DNA of 52,017 bases, taken from sequence record SRR2962707_859, one strand, 5' to 3'. Made by a program: the position numbers and the translations under genes. Under the pieces are notes generated by a model. That model was not told the origin of the DNA and did no database searches. It saw nothing but the letters and a program-made list of their open reading frames with translations. This document shows positions 10,523 through 20,731 of this stretch, one piece after another (position 1 is the first letter of the stretch; every line of letters starts with the position of its first letter).

Positions 10523-11263
10523 TTGAACGCTTTCCACATCCTCAACGGCGATGCGCTAAAAGATCAATTTCCTGTTGATCGTATAACTGGGGAAATCATT
10601 GTGGCTAGGGAATGCATGGTTGACGGCCCTGTTCATGCGAAATCACTGAAAGAACTATTTCAACTACGCGATGAGTTCATCACCGAAACGTATGGCTTAG
10701 ATGATTATGCTTCGCTTACAATTCCTGAAATATCAAAAATCACCAATATTCAAGAAGGTGAGGTAAACTTATGGTTTGAAGATGACCTCTTCTGTCAGGT
10801 GAACTTTTGGTTTGTATGTAGCCTCCTATACCAGAAAGATGCTAAAGTCTACTTAGTTCGACCGAATACTTCTTTAGAGTATGGTTTTGGAGGATTAGAC
10901 CGGAATGGTCTTGTTAATGCCTATCAACAAAAACAACCGATGACAAAGGTCAACGTCAATCAGTTTGCTCTTTTATGGTTCGCATACAGAAAAAATGATA
11001 TTGAGCGATTATTAAAGCTCGGCGTACAGGTTCATTCAGATTTCCCATTTGTAATGAAAGCCATCGAAGCACATTTCGAAAGTTTACCGAATGGAGAAGA
11101 GCCCGGACTACCAGAAAGAACAATTGCAGAGATCATTGAAGAGAGTCCCAACCATGATTTTGGTACGATCTTTCGGGAGTTTCATAAGCGGATACCAATA
11201 TATGGCTATGGTGATTTGCAAGTAAAAAGGATTTATGATAAGGTCCTGAGCTCAGGATCCTGA
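10523..11263 (+). CDS. DUF1835-like hypothetical protein
   Basis: HILNGDAL, LWFEDDLFCQVN and C-terminal GYGDLQ resemble this family (recall). TTG start. Confidence 0.7.
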   Translation: MNAFHILNGDALKDQFPVDRITGEIIVARECMVDGPVHAKSLKELFQLRDEFITETYGLDDYASLTIPEISKITNIQEGEVNLWFEDDLFCQVNFWFVCSLLYQKDAKVYLVRPNTSLEYGFGGLDRNGLVNAYQQKQPMTKVNVNQFALLWFAYRKNDIERLLKLGVQVHSDFPFVMKAIEAHFESLPNGEEPGLPERTIAEIIEESPNHDFGTIFREFHKRIPIYGYGDLQVKRIYDKVLSSGS

Positions 11264-11347
11264 AATTTTTCGACAAGAAGAAGTACATAAATCTTGGGAT
11301 GTAGCTGAGGCTCTTTTATTTTTCTGAAAAATTTCTACTTTAGTCCC

Positions 11348-11653
11348 ATGAATAATAAGCCTCGCGTACTAAAAGCCTTTGAAGCATTGGATACTGAGAT
11401 CCAGGAGCAAATCAAACTTGCTTATCCGGAAGGATTTAAAGATCACCTGATCAAATTCATAAACAAAGACGGAGAGTACCAAAGCGGACTTCCCTTTGAA
11501 ACGGATGATAAATACTATTTGGTGAAAATGACTGTGGCGGAAGCTAAAGAGTTAATCGCTGAGGATGACGACTATGATGATGACGGAAATTTGAGAGATG
11601 ATGTCCGTGAAGAATTCGAGGAGCGCTATGAAGATGATGATGATTTTGAATAA
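11348..11653 (+). CDS. Small protein with strongly acidic C-terminal tail
   Basis: 101-aa ORF with YPEG and LPFETDDKYYLVKM core and a D/E-rich tail. TACTTTAG -7-like element upstream. Confidence 0.8.
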   Translation: MNNKPRVLKAFEALDTEIQEQIKLAYPEGFKDHLIKFINKDGEYQSGLPFETDDKYYLVKMTVAEAKELIAEDDDYDDDGNLRDDVREEFEERYEDDDDFE

Positions 11654-11701
11654 TCAAGATCATGTTATGCATATCTACTAAGACATCCAACCCACGCTAT
11701 T

Positions 11702-12907
11702 TTATATTTCTTCCGTCAAAATATCTGGTTTCCCCTCAAGGGTTTTATGCACCGGGCATCTATCTGCAATTTCAATAAGCCGCTTTCTTTGCTCATCTGT
11801 AAGATCGCCGGTTAGCTTGATCTTTCGCTTAATCTGATCAATCTTTCCTTTTGAGCTTTCACTGTTTTCCCCATCCTTCTTGTGTATCTTGTCATGTGTC
11901 AATTTCACCTCAACTTCCTGAAGATCAATCTTTTTGTGATCTGCATACATTCGTAAGGTCATGGCCGTGCATGCGCCCAATCCGGACAAAAGATAGCCGT
12001 AAGGAGTTGGACCATAGTCATCTCCCCCCACGCTTGGCGGCTCATCTGCGATCATCTGATGACGACCTGCAATTACCTCCGTGGTATATCCTTTTTCGCC
12101 GACACGTGTCCAAACTTCACCTTCAGGGGTCTCCTCCCGATCTTTCACCTCGATGTATCTGCTTGCCCAGCTGGAAATGATGGAACCAACATATTTTGCA
12201 TCTTCCTCCTTTTGCATCAAATGATCAGCACCATCTAATGAAATGAAACTTTTTGGATGCATAGCTTGCTTATAAATTTCTTTCGCATTGTTAATGCCTA
12301 CGATGTTGTCCTGAGGTGAATGAATAACCAACAATGATTTTTTCAGATTCTTAATAACGCCATCCCTCTCCCTGTTTTCCAGATCCTCAAGGAATTGTTT
12401 CTTCATCTTGAAAGTTCGTCCACCAATATTTACATCTGCCTCACCCTTTTCTTCCAACTCGTTTCTACCATTATCAAGCAAATGCGTCACGTGATCTGGG
12501 GTAGATGGCGCTCCAATGGTTGCAACAGCCTTCACATTTCTCAACTCTCCCGAAACATGCAATACCGCTGCTCCTCCCAGCGAGTGACCCACCATAATTT
12601 GTGGGGCTTCATAATTCTCTTCCAGAAACCCATAAGCATCATTCAGGTCTGAAAGATTTGAGGAAAAATTTGTATCAGCAAAATCTCCTTTGCTTTGACC
12701 TAAGCCAGTAAAATCGAATCGGAGAATGGCCATGCCTTGCTGTGTAAACGCATGACTAATATGATCGACAGACTTTAGGTTTTTAGAGCAAGTGAAGCAG
12801 TGAGCAAATAGCACATAGGCCTTTGGTTTACCAATCAATGGGAAGTCTAATCGGCCGGAAAGCTCTTGTCCATCGGAATTTTTGAAACTTACTTTTTTAT
12901 ATCGCAT
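11702..12907 (-). CDS. Bifunctional alpha/beta hydrolase - OsmC family protein
   Basis: AHCFTCSK, GHSLGG nucleophile, LDGADH; OsmC part DEP..GG...GPTP, LGACT, CPVHKTL. Confidence 0.93.
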   Translation of the reverse strand: MRYKKVSFKNSDGQELSGRLDFPLIGKPKAYVLFAHCFTCSKNLKSVDHISHAFTQQGMAILRFDFTGLGQSKGDFADTNFSSNLSDLNDAYGFLEENYEAPQIMVGHSLGGAAVLHVSGELRNVKAVATIGAPSTPDHVTHLLDNGRNELEEKGEADVNIGGRTFKMKKQFLEDLENRERDGVIKNLKKSLLVIHSPQDNIVGINNAKEIYKQAMHPKSFISLDGADHLMQKEEDAKYVGSIISSWASRYIEVKDREETPEGEVWTRVGEKGYTTEVIAGRHQMIADEPPSVGGDDYGPTPYGYLLSGLGACTAMTLRMYADHKKIDLQEVEVKLTHDKIHKKDGENSESSKGKIDQIKRKIKLTGDLTDEQRKRLIEIADRCPVHKTLEGKPDILTEEI

Positions 12908-12985
12908 GAGTTGGGAGATTTTAATCTATCTTGAGCGGAAACAATTTGAAACCATTTGTGTCATTAAGCTAATGATTTCAATTCA

Positions 12986-13621
12986 ATGAAAAGTTCACTA
13001 ATCACACTAATCTTTTTAATTGTCAGCCACGCAGCTATTGCGCAGACCCTTCATTATGAAGTGGTGAAAGGAAGTAAAAAGCTGGGTGATATGTACGTGG
13101 ATCGTCAGCAATCTGAGAATGTGGTGAAATATGACATCAATAGTGAGGTAACTTTTCGCATCCTGTTCTCATTCACGGTAAACTACGAGTCTACCAGTGA
13201 GTATCAATATGGGAAGCTAATCAAAGAGTATACACACAATAAATTGAACGGAAACACTCAAAAGAAATCAACCATATGGTTTGATGGTAAGAAGTATACC
13301 TTGGATCTGGACGGAAGCAGATCCACTTTAGACCCCCCAATTAAATACTCGGTCGCTGCGATTTATTTCCAAGAACCTACCGACGGGCAGAAGGTATTCT
13401 CACCTCAGTTTGGTAATTACCTGACCTTTGAGAAAGTAGGGGATCATGAATATAAAATGGAATCACCGGACGGCACCAATATCTACTCCTATACCAATGG
13501 CATCTGCTCGGAAGTGAAAGTATACCGTGATTTCGCCAAGTTTTCCTTCGTGATGACTCCTGAATCCCTGGTTGCAGTAAAGGACAAGAAAATTGTAGGT
13601 GGCTCGACTGCTGTGGATTAA
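12986..13621 (+). CDS. Exported beta-rich protein (DUF6134-like)
   Basis: Signal peptide ending AIA-Q; beta-rich body with YFQEP..FS..FG pattern. Family name from recall. Confidence 0.65.
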   Translation: MKSSLITLIFLIVSHAAIAQTLHYEVVKGSKKLGDMYVDRQQSENVVKYDINSEVTFRILFSFTVNYESTSEYQYGKLIKEYTHNKLNGNTQKKSTIWFDGKKYTLDLDGSRSTLDPPIKYSVAAIYFQEPTDGQKVFSPQFGNYLTFEKVGDHEYKMESPDGTNIYSYTNGICSEVKVYRDFAKFSFVMTPESLVAVKDKKIVGGSTAVD

Positions 13622-13665
13622 TCTTTCAGGAATTTATTTAACATTGCTTTTTAAGCAATGAAAAA

Positions 13666-14019
13666 ATGATCACCTGTATTGCCATTGATGACGACCCTCT
13701 TTTCCTGCAAACGATCGAAACATACTTATCTGAGTATGAAGACATTGATCTTTTAGGCACATATAATAACCCGGTAAATGGCATCATGCAGGTGGTTAAA
13801 AAGAAACCAGACGTTTTGCTTTTGGATCTGGACATGCCATACCTGGATGGTTTTGAGACACTGGACACACTGGACAAAAAGCCTAAAATCATTATGATTT
13901 CTGCGCATGTGAATCAGCCGGTTAAGAAACAAATTCTCAAAATTGATAAGTACCTTCGAAAAGTGACTTTTAACAAGGAAGTCTTAAGAAAAGCAGTCTT
14001 GAGTGTGGTGAACAATTAA
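13666..14019 (+). CDS. Stand-alone response regulator receiver protein
   Basis: AIDDD, LLLDLDMP..DGF, ISAH, YLRK; no output domain. Confidence 0.88.
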   Translation: MITCIAIDDDPLFLQTIETYLSEYEDIDLLGTYNNPVNGIMQVVKKKPDVLLLDLDMPYLDGFETLDTLDKKPKIIMISAHVNQPVKKQILKIDKYLRKVTFNKEVLRKAVLSVVNN

Positions 14020-15944
14020 GCATTTATTTTCACCTGCATTTTCTGGACTTTATCAAAAAGTGGGAGTTTTACAGTGAAAATAGTCCCGACTCCTTCTTTA
14101 CTGTCGACCCGAATTTTCCCTCCATTCATTTTAACAAACTCATAAACGAGTTGCAGCCCCAGCCCCAGTCCCTTTTCACCTGCAGTACCGTAAGTTGATC
14201 GTTCTCCCGTAAGGTTGAAAATCTTATCCAGGTTGCTTTCGGATATTCCAATGCCTGAATCTTTCACCTCTATTTCAGCAAAATCCTCCGACATGCTAAT
14301 CCTTATGTCGATTTCTCCATTCTCCCTGGTGAATTTTATTGCGTTATTAACCAAATTCCTGAAAACTGTATGAATAGAGTTTCGATCCACCCAAACATTA
14401 GTAACCTCAGGGGTGTCAAGCGAAATTTTAATCTTCTTGCCAGCAGCCATATTTGAAAACATCCCTACAATTTCATGGATCATAGATGTCATTTCTACTT
14501 TCTCCGGAACATTAGGAAAATGTCCTTGCTGCTGCATGGCCCAATTCAGCAAATTGTCCAGTAAAACAGTCAGCTGCTCCACAGTCATTTCCATATGGTC
14601 AGCCATTTTCAACAGCTGCTTTTTGTCGTCATCCTCAACAAAATGCCTGATCAGGTGACTGACTCCCATAAGGGAGCTGATAGGACCTCTCAGATCATGA
14701 GAGATGATGGAAAAGAATTTATCCTTGGTTTCATTAAGTCGCTCGAGGGAGGCTTTCTGGCGTTCCAATACTCGATTAATTCGAAGCTTAGACCGGTAGT
14801 ATATGAAAATAACGATGATCAGAATCGCGAAAGCAAAAATGACAAGAGTCGATATAACAATCACCGACTGCTGATTTTTTCGCTGTGCTTTTAAAAGTTG
14901 TACTTCCGTCTCTTTTTGAGAAAGCTCAAATGCCGATCGCTGCTGAGCCATCTGTCTGATCACATTCTTGTTTTCAATGGAATCTTTAAGCGTGGTGTAA
15001 GCAAGATGGTAGTTCAGTGCCCCCTCAAAGTTTTTCTCTTTTTGACTGATCTTGAAAAGCAACAAGTTGAGGTCTCTTCTAAGCTCTAGCAATTCATAAA
15101 GCTTCGTCAATTCCAATGCTTCTTTTGCATGCGTTTTTGCTTGATCCACATTTCCTATTCGTAATTCAATTTCGCCTAAAAACTTCATGAAATCCGCCAC
15201 GGCATAATAGTCATCGATTGACCTCAAACTGGATATGCTATTTTTCAATGCTGCTATGCCAACCTCATCTTGACCAAGAGCTGCTTGAGTAATTCCCATG
15301 TTGCCCCTGATATAAGCAAGCAAAGCCTCTCGTCGCATGTCGCTCAACTCGGAAAAGTTGGTAACCAAATGCTCTGCCTGCTTCCCATAAAGCATGGACG
15401 AATCAAGCTTATCGATCGTATAATAATCATATGCTGTATTGAGTAATGCTATTGAAAGGTTAAGCGTGTCTTTGCGTTGTTCGAAAATATCAATAGCCTT
15501 ATTCGTGAACTGAACCGATGTAGGTACGTCTCCCTGACTGGCATAGGTAGCGGCAATCTCTCCAAACGAAGATCCGATGAGTTTCTCATCATTATTTGCT
15601 TTGGCTATATCTAATGACCTGAGCAAGTGTTCCAGACTTTGAGAAAGGTCGCCCATAAATCGGAAACCAATGCCCAGCTGCAATTCTGCGGCGTGCTGAA
15701 AGAAGTAAGAATCATTTTTAATTGCCAGCTCGAGTAGTTCATTAGCCAATTCAATTTTTCTGCTTGTTTCAGGTTCTTCCCGAGTGATTGACCTTAGCAA
15801 CGTCATTTTCTGCTCTGCATCGGAAGAAGATTCATATTCGCCTTTAAGACTATCCAGATAGTCATCCTGACCAAATCCTGAAAATGAAAACGTCAGGAAA
15901 AGAAATGAGATGAGGGTTGTGAAAAAGAAGGCATACCTTTTCAT
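14016..15944 (-). CDS. TPR-containing membrane sensor histidine kinase (HisKA/HATPase)
   Basis: Start at MKRYAFF (signal-like; removes the overlap with ftsY). TPR helices, one TM, SHDLRGP, NLVNNAIKF, DSGIG, GLGLGL. Confidence 0.92.
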   Translation of the reverse strand: MKRYAFFFTTLISFLFLTFSFSGFGQDDYLDSLKGEYESSSDAEQKMTLLRSITREEPETSRKIELANELLELAIKNDSYFFQHAAELQLGIGFRFMGDLSQSLEHLLRSLDIAKANNDEKLIGSSFGEIAATYASQGDVPTSVQFTNKAIDIFEQRKDTLNLSIALLNTAYDYYTIDKLDSSMLYGKQAEHLVTNFSELSDMRREALLAYIRGNMGITQAALGQDEVGIAALKNSISSLRSIDDYYAVADFMKFLGEIELRIGNVDQAKTHAKEALELTKLYELLELRRDLNLLLFKISQKEKNFEGALNYHLAYTTLKDSIENKNVIRQMAQQRSAFELSQKETEVQLLKAQRKNQQSVIVISTLVIFAFAILIIVIFIYYRSKLRINRVLERQKASLERLNETKDKFFSIISHDLRGPISSLMGVSHLIRHFVEDDDKKQLLKMADHMEMTVEQLTVLLDNLLNWAMQQQGHFPNVPEKVEMTSMIHEIVGMFSNMAAGKKIKISLDTPEVTNVWVDRNSIHTVFRNLVNNAIKFTRENGEIDIRISMSEDFAEIEVKDSGIGISESNLDKIFNLTGERSTYGTAGEKGLGLGLQLVYEFVKMNGGKIRVDSKEGVGTIFTVKLPLFDKVQKMQVKINA

Positions 15945-15963
15945 TATACCCACAAGGTAAACT

Positions 15964-16917
15964 TTAATTTTTGAAAAAGGAATCGACGAATTCAGTCTTA
16001 TTGAAGACTTGGAGATCTTCAACTTTTTCCCCAACACCAATGTACTTAACGGGAATTTTGAATTGATCTGAGATACCAATCACCACTCCCCCCTTAGCTG
16101 TTCCATCAAGCTTTGTCACAGCCAAAGAAGATACTTCTGTAGCTTTGGTGAACTCTTTAGCCTGAATAAAAGCATTTTGTCCGGTGCTTCCGTCCAGCAC
16201 AAGCATCACATCATGGGGTGCTTCAGGAATGAATTTTTGAACCACATTTTTGATCTTGGAAAGCTCATTCATCAGATTCACTTTGGTGTGAAGTCGTCCC
16301 GCTGTATCAATGATCACCACATCAGCATTTTCTTCTTTACCCCGCTTTGCTGCTTCAAAAGCCACAGCAGCAGGATCGGTATTCATCCCCTTGGATACCA
16401 CAGGTACGCCCACTCGCTCTCCCCACATGATTAATTGGTCAACAGCAGCAGCACGAAATGTATCCGCAGCACCGAGAATCACATTTTTTCCTAAAGCTTT
16501 GAACTGGGCAGCAAGTTTACCAATGGTCGTGGTTTTACCTACTCCATTCACACCCACTACCAGGATGACATAAGGGCCATCTACCTTAGGTATATCAAAG
16601 TCGATCAGATCTTTGGTATTATTCTCTGACAGTAACCCGGCGATTTCCTCACGGAGTATTTGATTAAGTTCAGAAGTATTAAGGTATTTATCTTTTGCAA
16701 CCCGATCTTCGATTCGATCAATGATCTTTACGGTGGTTTCCACCCCCACATCTGAGGTAATCAGTACCTCCTCCAGTTCATCCAATACATCGGCATCTAC
16801 TGTGGATTTTCCCACAACAGCTTTATTGAGCTTTGTGAAAAAGTTCTGCTTTGACTTTTCAAGTCCTTTATCAAGCGACTCTTTTTTGTCTCTGGAGAAA
16901 AAGCTTTTTAGACCCAT
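15964..16917 (-). CDS. ftsY: Signal recognition particle receptor FtsY
   Basis: GVNGVGKTTT, DTFRAAA, DTAGR, TKLDGTAKGG. Confidence 0.98.
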   Translation of the reverse strand: MGLKSFFSRDKKESLDKGLEKSKQNFFTKLNKAVVGKSTVDADVLDELEEVLITSDVGVETTVKIIDRIEDRVAKDKYLNTSELNQILREEIAGLLSENNTKDLIDFDIPKVDGPYVILVVGVNGVGKTTTIGKLAAQFKALGKNVILGAADTFRAAAVDQLIMWGERVGVPVVSKGMNTDPAAVAFEAAKRGKEENADVVIIDTAGRLHTKVNLMNELSKIKNVVQKFIPEAPHDVMLVLDGSTGQNAFIQAKEFTKATEVSSLAVTKLDGTAKGGVVIGISDQFKIPVKYIGVGEKVEDLQVFNKTEFVDSFFKN

Positions 16918-16947
16918 TGATTTACAGGATTAGGTGAGTGTGAATAT

Positions 16948-16982
16948 AAAAAAAGCCACCCTGACTTGGTAGTCGGAGCGGC
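16948..16982 (-). terminator. Intrinsic terminator-like hairpin between the DUF4295 gene and ftsY
   Basis: Minus strand GCCGCTCCGACT-ACCA-AGTCAGGGTGGC followed by a T7 run. Confidence 0.6.
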
Positions 16983-17007
16983 CTTCCTTCTTTTAGGATT
17001 TAATTTC

Positions 17008-17157
17008 TTATTTCGCTAAGGTATCTTTCACATCACCTTCGAGAACCATCTCTTCCCGGTACGTGTAAGACCCGTTATCGCCTTTGATCGCCTTGATCAC
17101 TTTGGCATATTTCGCTCCACCTGGTTGCTTAAGAGTTGCTACTACTTTCTTTGCCAT
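17008..17157 (-). CDS. DUF4295-family small protein (49 aa, not in ORF track)
   Basis: Hand translation: MAKKVVATLKQPGGAKYAKVIKAIKGDNGSYTYREEMVLEGDVKDTLAK. Lies between rpmG and ftsY, as usual in Bacteroidota. Confidence 0.9.
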   Translation of the reverse strand: MAKKVVATLKQPGGAKYAKVIKAIKGDNGSYTYREEMVLEGDVKDTLAK

Positions 17158-17159
17158 GG

Positions 17160-17342
17160 TTACTTAATTTCTTTGTGTACGGTATACTTTCTCATGATCG
17201 GGTTGTATTTTTTCAACTCGATTCGATCAGGAGTGTTTTTTCTGTTCTTGGTGGTAATGTACCGGCTAGTGCCAGCAAGACCACTGTTTTTGTGCTCTGT
17301 GCACTCAAGAATTACCTGGACTCTATTTCCTTTCTTCGCCAT
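17160..17342 (-). CDS. rpmG: 50S ribosomal protein L33
   Basis: [11 protein letters not shown]...[21 protein letters not shown]...HKEIK. Confidence 0.98.
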   Translation of the reverse strand: MAKKGNRVQVILECTEHKNSGLAGTSRYITTKNRKNTPDRIELKKYNPIMRKYTVHKEIK

Positions 17343-17370
17343 TTTATTTTGTCTTTTCCAAAAAGGAGTG

Positions 17371-17378
17371 CAAATGTA
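17371..17378 (-). promoter_or_regulatory. -7 promoter element upstream of rpmG
   Basis: Minus strand TACATTTG matches TAnnTTTG; no clear -33 element. Confidence 0.6.
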
Positions 17379-17430
17379 GAAAATTTCAAGCTTCTAATGA
17401 AACATTCAGAAAATTAATCTCTTATATATT

Positions 17431-19089
17431 TCACTCCGGTACTTTGTTGATCTTCACCTCATTGACATAGATGTAATAATCATCACTTATGGACAAGTTC
17501 TTATCGGTAATTTCCATCAATTGAAATGAAGAATTAGGGTTTAGTACCGCTTCTTCACCCCCAACCTTAACCCTTACCGGCATATCGAATGATGCAATGC
17601 AGTTCGTCCATCTGTAAATCAACCGGTTACCCATTACAGCATACTCGAAAACCGGAATTCTGGCATCTCTCAGGTATTGGTCAAACACATTTGAAAGATC
17701 CATTCCGGATTGATCAGAAATATAAGATTCCACATCTGAAGTTGTTACGGTTTGGTGATAGAATTTCTTATTAAGCCCTCTCAAAATTTCTCTCCACTTA
17801 CTGTCATCGTTTATGACCTGTCTCACCGTATGAAGCAGGTTGTTTCCTTTCGGATACATATCCTTCGAGCCCTCACTATTGACATCATAGTCTCCAATTA
17901 TGGGTTCACTATTTTGAATACCCAATCTTAATCCCTGTGTATAAGATGATGCTGCTTCCTTGCCATAAAAATATTCTATGAATAAGCTTTCTGAATAGGT
18001 AGTGAAGCCCTCATGAATCCACATATCAGCAACATCTTTATAAGTAATGTTATTAGCAAACCACTCATGGCCGGTCTCATGGATGATGATATAATCCCAC
18101 TTCAACCCCCACCCGGTACCACTGAGATCTTGCCCTAAATAACCTTTCAAATATTGATTGCCATAGGTTACCGAACTCTGATGCTCCATTCCCAGATAAG
18201 GAACTTCGACCAGCTTATAGCTATCCTCATAAAAGGGGTAAGGGCCAAACCAATACTCCAGCGCCTCAAGCGTTCGATAAGCATCTTCGAAATGCTCCTT
18301 TGCTTTATCCTCATTGTAGCTGAGCACCCAAAAATCAACATCAAGGTTTCCTTTCTCTCCTTTGTATTTTGATGAAATATTTACGTAATCACCAATATTC
18401 ACATTTACACCGTAGTTATTGATTGGATTCACCACTTTCCAGATAAAAGTTCGGGTACCGTCTTTATTCTTTTTGATTTTTTCCAATCTGCCGTTCCCTA
18501 CAGCCGTGAGTTTTTCGGGAGCTTGAATGCTTAGCGTCATACCATTGTCTGGCTCATCGTACATGTGATCCTTGCATGGCCACCACAAACTTGCCCCTAT
18601 TCCTTGATTTGAAGTGGCAATGAAATGATTCCCATTATTATCCTTTTTCCAAGAATAGCCACCATCCCATGGAGCACGTATTGCTGCTCTCGGGTTACCT
18701 TCAAAGTGAATGGTTACTTTCCCTTCCGATCCTTTGGTTTGAGTTGGTAGCTGAATGAAATGCGCATTGCCTTCATGAGTGACTTCCAACTCAGCTTCAC
18801 CTTGAGTCACTTTGACGATTTTCATCGGCTTCTGGAGGTCAATTTGCATAACATTATTCGATTCCAGCACTTCATAAGTGATGGTATTCATACCTGAAAT
18901 AAATTTGTTTTCCGGATCTACCGAGACAAACAAGTCATAATATTTGATATCCCACCAGGCCCGCTCCGGGGTAATAGATCCCCTTAAGGAATCCTGTCTG
19001 GTGTAGGTTTCTTGTTTATCAAATAATTCGGTTTGAGCATGTAGCTGAAAGCTGGCTATAATGATTGAAGCCGTTACTAATTTTTTCAT
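17431..19089 (-). CDS. Exported M1-family metallo-aminopeptidase
   Basis: Start MKKLVTAS (signal peptide); LGMEHQS, HETGHEWF followed by WIHEGFTTY. Confidence 0.92.
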   Translation of the reverse strand: MKKLVTASIIIASFQLHAQTELFDKQETYTRQDSLRGSITPERAWWDIKYYDLFVSVDPENKFISGMNTITYEVLESNNVMQIDLQKPMKIVKVTQGEAELEVTHEGNAHFIQLPTQTKGSEGKVTIHFEGNPRAAIRAPWDGGYSWKKDNNGNHFIATSNQGIGASLWWPCKDHMYDEPDNGMTLSIQAPEKLTAVGNGRLEKIKKNKDGTRTFIWKVVNPINNYGVNVNIGDYVNISSKYKGEKGNLDVDFWVLSYNEDKAKEHFEDAYRTLEALEYWFGPYPFYEDSYKLVEVPYLGMEHQSSVTYGNQYLKGYLGQDLSGTGWGLKWDYIIIHETGHEWFANNITYKDVADMWIHEGFTTYSESLFIEYFYGKEAASSYTQGLRLGIQNSEPIIGDYDVNSEGSKDMYPKGNNLLHTVRQVINDDSKWREILRGLNKKFYHQTVTTSDVESYISDQSGMDLSNVFDQYLRDARIPVFEYAVMGNRLIYRWTNCIASFDMPVRVKVGGEEAVLNPNSSFQLMEITDKNLSISDDYYIYVNEVKINKVPE

Positions 19090-19129
19090 AGATGTTTTTC
19101 TATTGGTGAGTATGTTTCTGAAGAACAAA

Positions 19130-20578
19130 TTATTCCTCATCCAGGTCTGGCAAAACAAAAGAATCGAGCGGGCTTGACTCCTCCATCATTTTTTCTATCT
19201 CATCACTTTTTCTCGGAGCAATGTCCGATAGCAGCTCATAACCATCTTCTGTTATTAATACATCATCCTCGATACGAACAGCAATTCCCCACCATTTCTC
19301 ATCACATTTTGCACCTTCAGGAATGTAAATTCCTGGCTCAATGGTGATCGCCATGCCGGGCTCCAGATATTCATAGTTTCCCTTGTCATGAACATCCAGG
19401 CCGATATGATGTCCCAGGCCGTGCGGGTAATAAAGGTGACGTTGATTCGCACTGTCAATGATCCCTAACTCCGTAAGACCTTCATTGATAATTCGTCTTG
19501 CTATTCCAAAATCCAGATCCCTGGTAATATTCACACCTGGCTTACATGCCTTGATTGCTTCATCCTGTGCTTTATAAACCAAGTCATAAATGGCCTTTTC
19601 CTCCGGAGAAAATTTTCCATCTACCGGAATGGTTCGTGTTACATCCGCGGTATAGCCATGATACTCAGCTCCCAGATCCATCAGTATCATTTCATCACTG
19701 GATATTTCCGGCTTATAATTTTCAATATAATGAAGAATGCATCCATTATTTCCTGCTCCCACAATCGATGGATAGCCTTCGTATTCTGCTTTGTATTTCT
19801 TGAAAATGAACTCATGAAGCCCTTGAATTTCAAATTCGCTCATGCCTGGCTTCATGGCTTTCATAACCTCCACTTGTGCTATGCAAGAAATGTCAACCGC
19901 CTTTCTTAGTAGATCCAGTTCTGCTTCAGTTTTGATCCCCCTCAGATCTTTCATGATCTGATCCAGCGTTTCCATATCCAGATTATTAGATGCAGACTCA
20001 ATTGTTAAGTCACCTTCCGTGGGGTAACCTGCCTTTTGTTTAAATGATGCTATGAGATCATACAAATCCCCCTCTGCATTGGTATCGCGAACGTCATTAA
20101 AGAAGTCATAGAAGAGTACTTTATCGAATTTTGAGAAGTCGATGTTATAATCTGCGAATGCTGTGTTATTGAAAACCTGATTGAACGCCAGCTTTTCTTT
20201 TACGCCAGTGATCCCCATCCTTCGTCCTGTCCACATTTCTGCCATCGCATTTCGAGGTTGGATGAAAATGATTTCGTTGTAGTTCCCTTCTGGCCCTTTT
20301 TGCTCTTCTTTGAAAACCAAAAGAACGGCATGTGGCTCTTTGTAACCCGTTAGGTAATAGAAGTTAGGGTCCTGATGATAGATGTAGTCTACGTCATTGG
20401 CACGATTTCTTACCGGATTTGCGAAAAATACGGCTACTGAATTAGCTGGCATTTTTTCTCGAACCAGTTTTCTTCTTTCCTGATGAAACTCGCTGGACAA
20501 AAAATCGTCTGGCATTTCCTGCTGAGCAAATGAAAGTGATGTGCCTGCTAACAAAAGCAGCGTAAGTATCTTCTTCAT
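19130..20578 (-). CDS. Exported Xaa-Pro aminopeptidase (M24B)
   Basis: Signal peptide; Q.PNFYYLTG, DLGAEYHGYTADVTRT, HGLGHHIGLDVHD, EPGIY, RIEDD. Confidence 0.93.
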   Translation of the reverse strand: MKKILTLLLLAGTSLSFAQQEMPDDFLSSEFHQERRKLVREKMPANSVAVFFANPVRNRANDVDYIYHQDPNFYYLTGYKEPHAVLLVFKEEQKGPEGNYNEIIFIQPRNAMAEMWTGRRMGITGVKEKLAFNQVFNNTAFADYNIDFSKFDKVLFYDFFNDVRDTNAEGDLYDLIASFKQKAGYPTEGDLTIESASNNLDMETLDQIMKDLRGIKTEAELDLLRKAVDISCIAQVEVMKAMKPGMSEFEIQGLHEFIFKKYKAEYEGYPSIVGAGNNGCILHYIENYKPEISSDEMILMDLGAEYHGYTADVTRTIPVDGKFSPEEKAIYDLVYKAQDEAIKACKPGVNITRDLDFGIARRIINEGLTELGIIDSANQRHLYYPHGLGHHIGLDVHDKGNYEYLEPGMAITIEPGIYIPEGAKCDEKWWGIAVRIEDDVLITEDGYELLSDIAPRKSDEIEKMMEESSPLDSFVLPDLDEE

Positions 20579-20677
20579 ATCTGTTTTAGTGATTATTGGC
20601 TAATGGATAAAGATAGCAACTAAGGTGCCGACAGTTGAACGCCAATCCAGAACTGGTTAATTAATTGGATAAAAGGC

Positions 20678-20707
20678 AAAAAAAACCCTGACGGTAATCG
20701 CCAGGGT
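20678..20707 (-). terminator. Intrinsic terminator after rpmB
   Basis: Minus strand ACCCTGGCG-ATTAC-CGTCAGGGT plus a T run. Confidence 0.8.
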
Positions 20708-20731
20708 CTGAATTTCTTTTACAATCAATTT

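Noticed and set aside
15945-16079. N-terminal extension of the kinase ORF overlapping ftsY
   Set aside because: ATG 15944 gives a signal-like start with no overlap.
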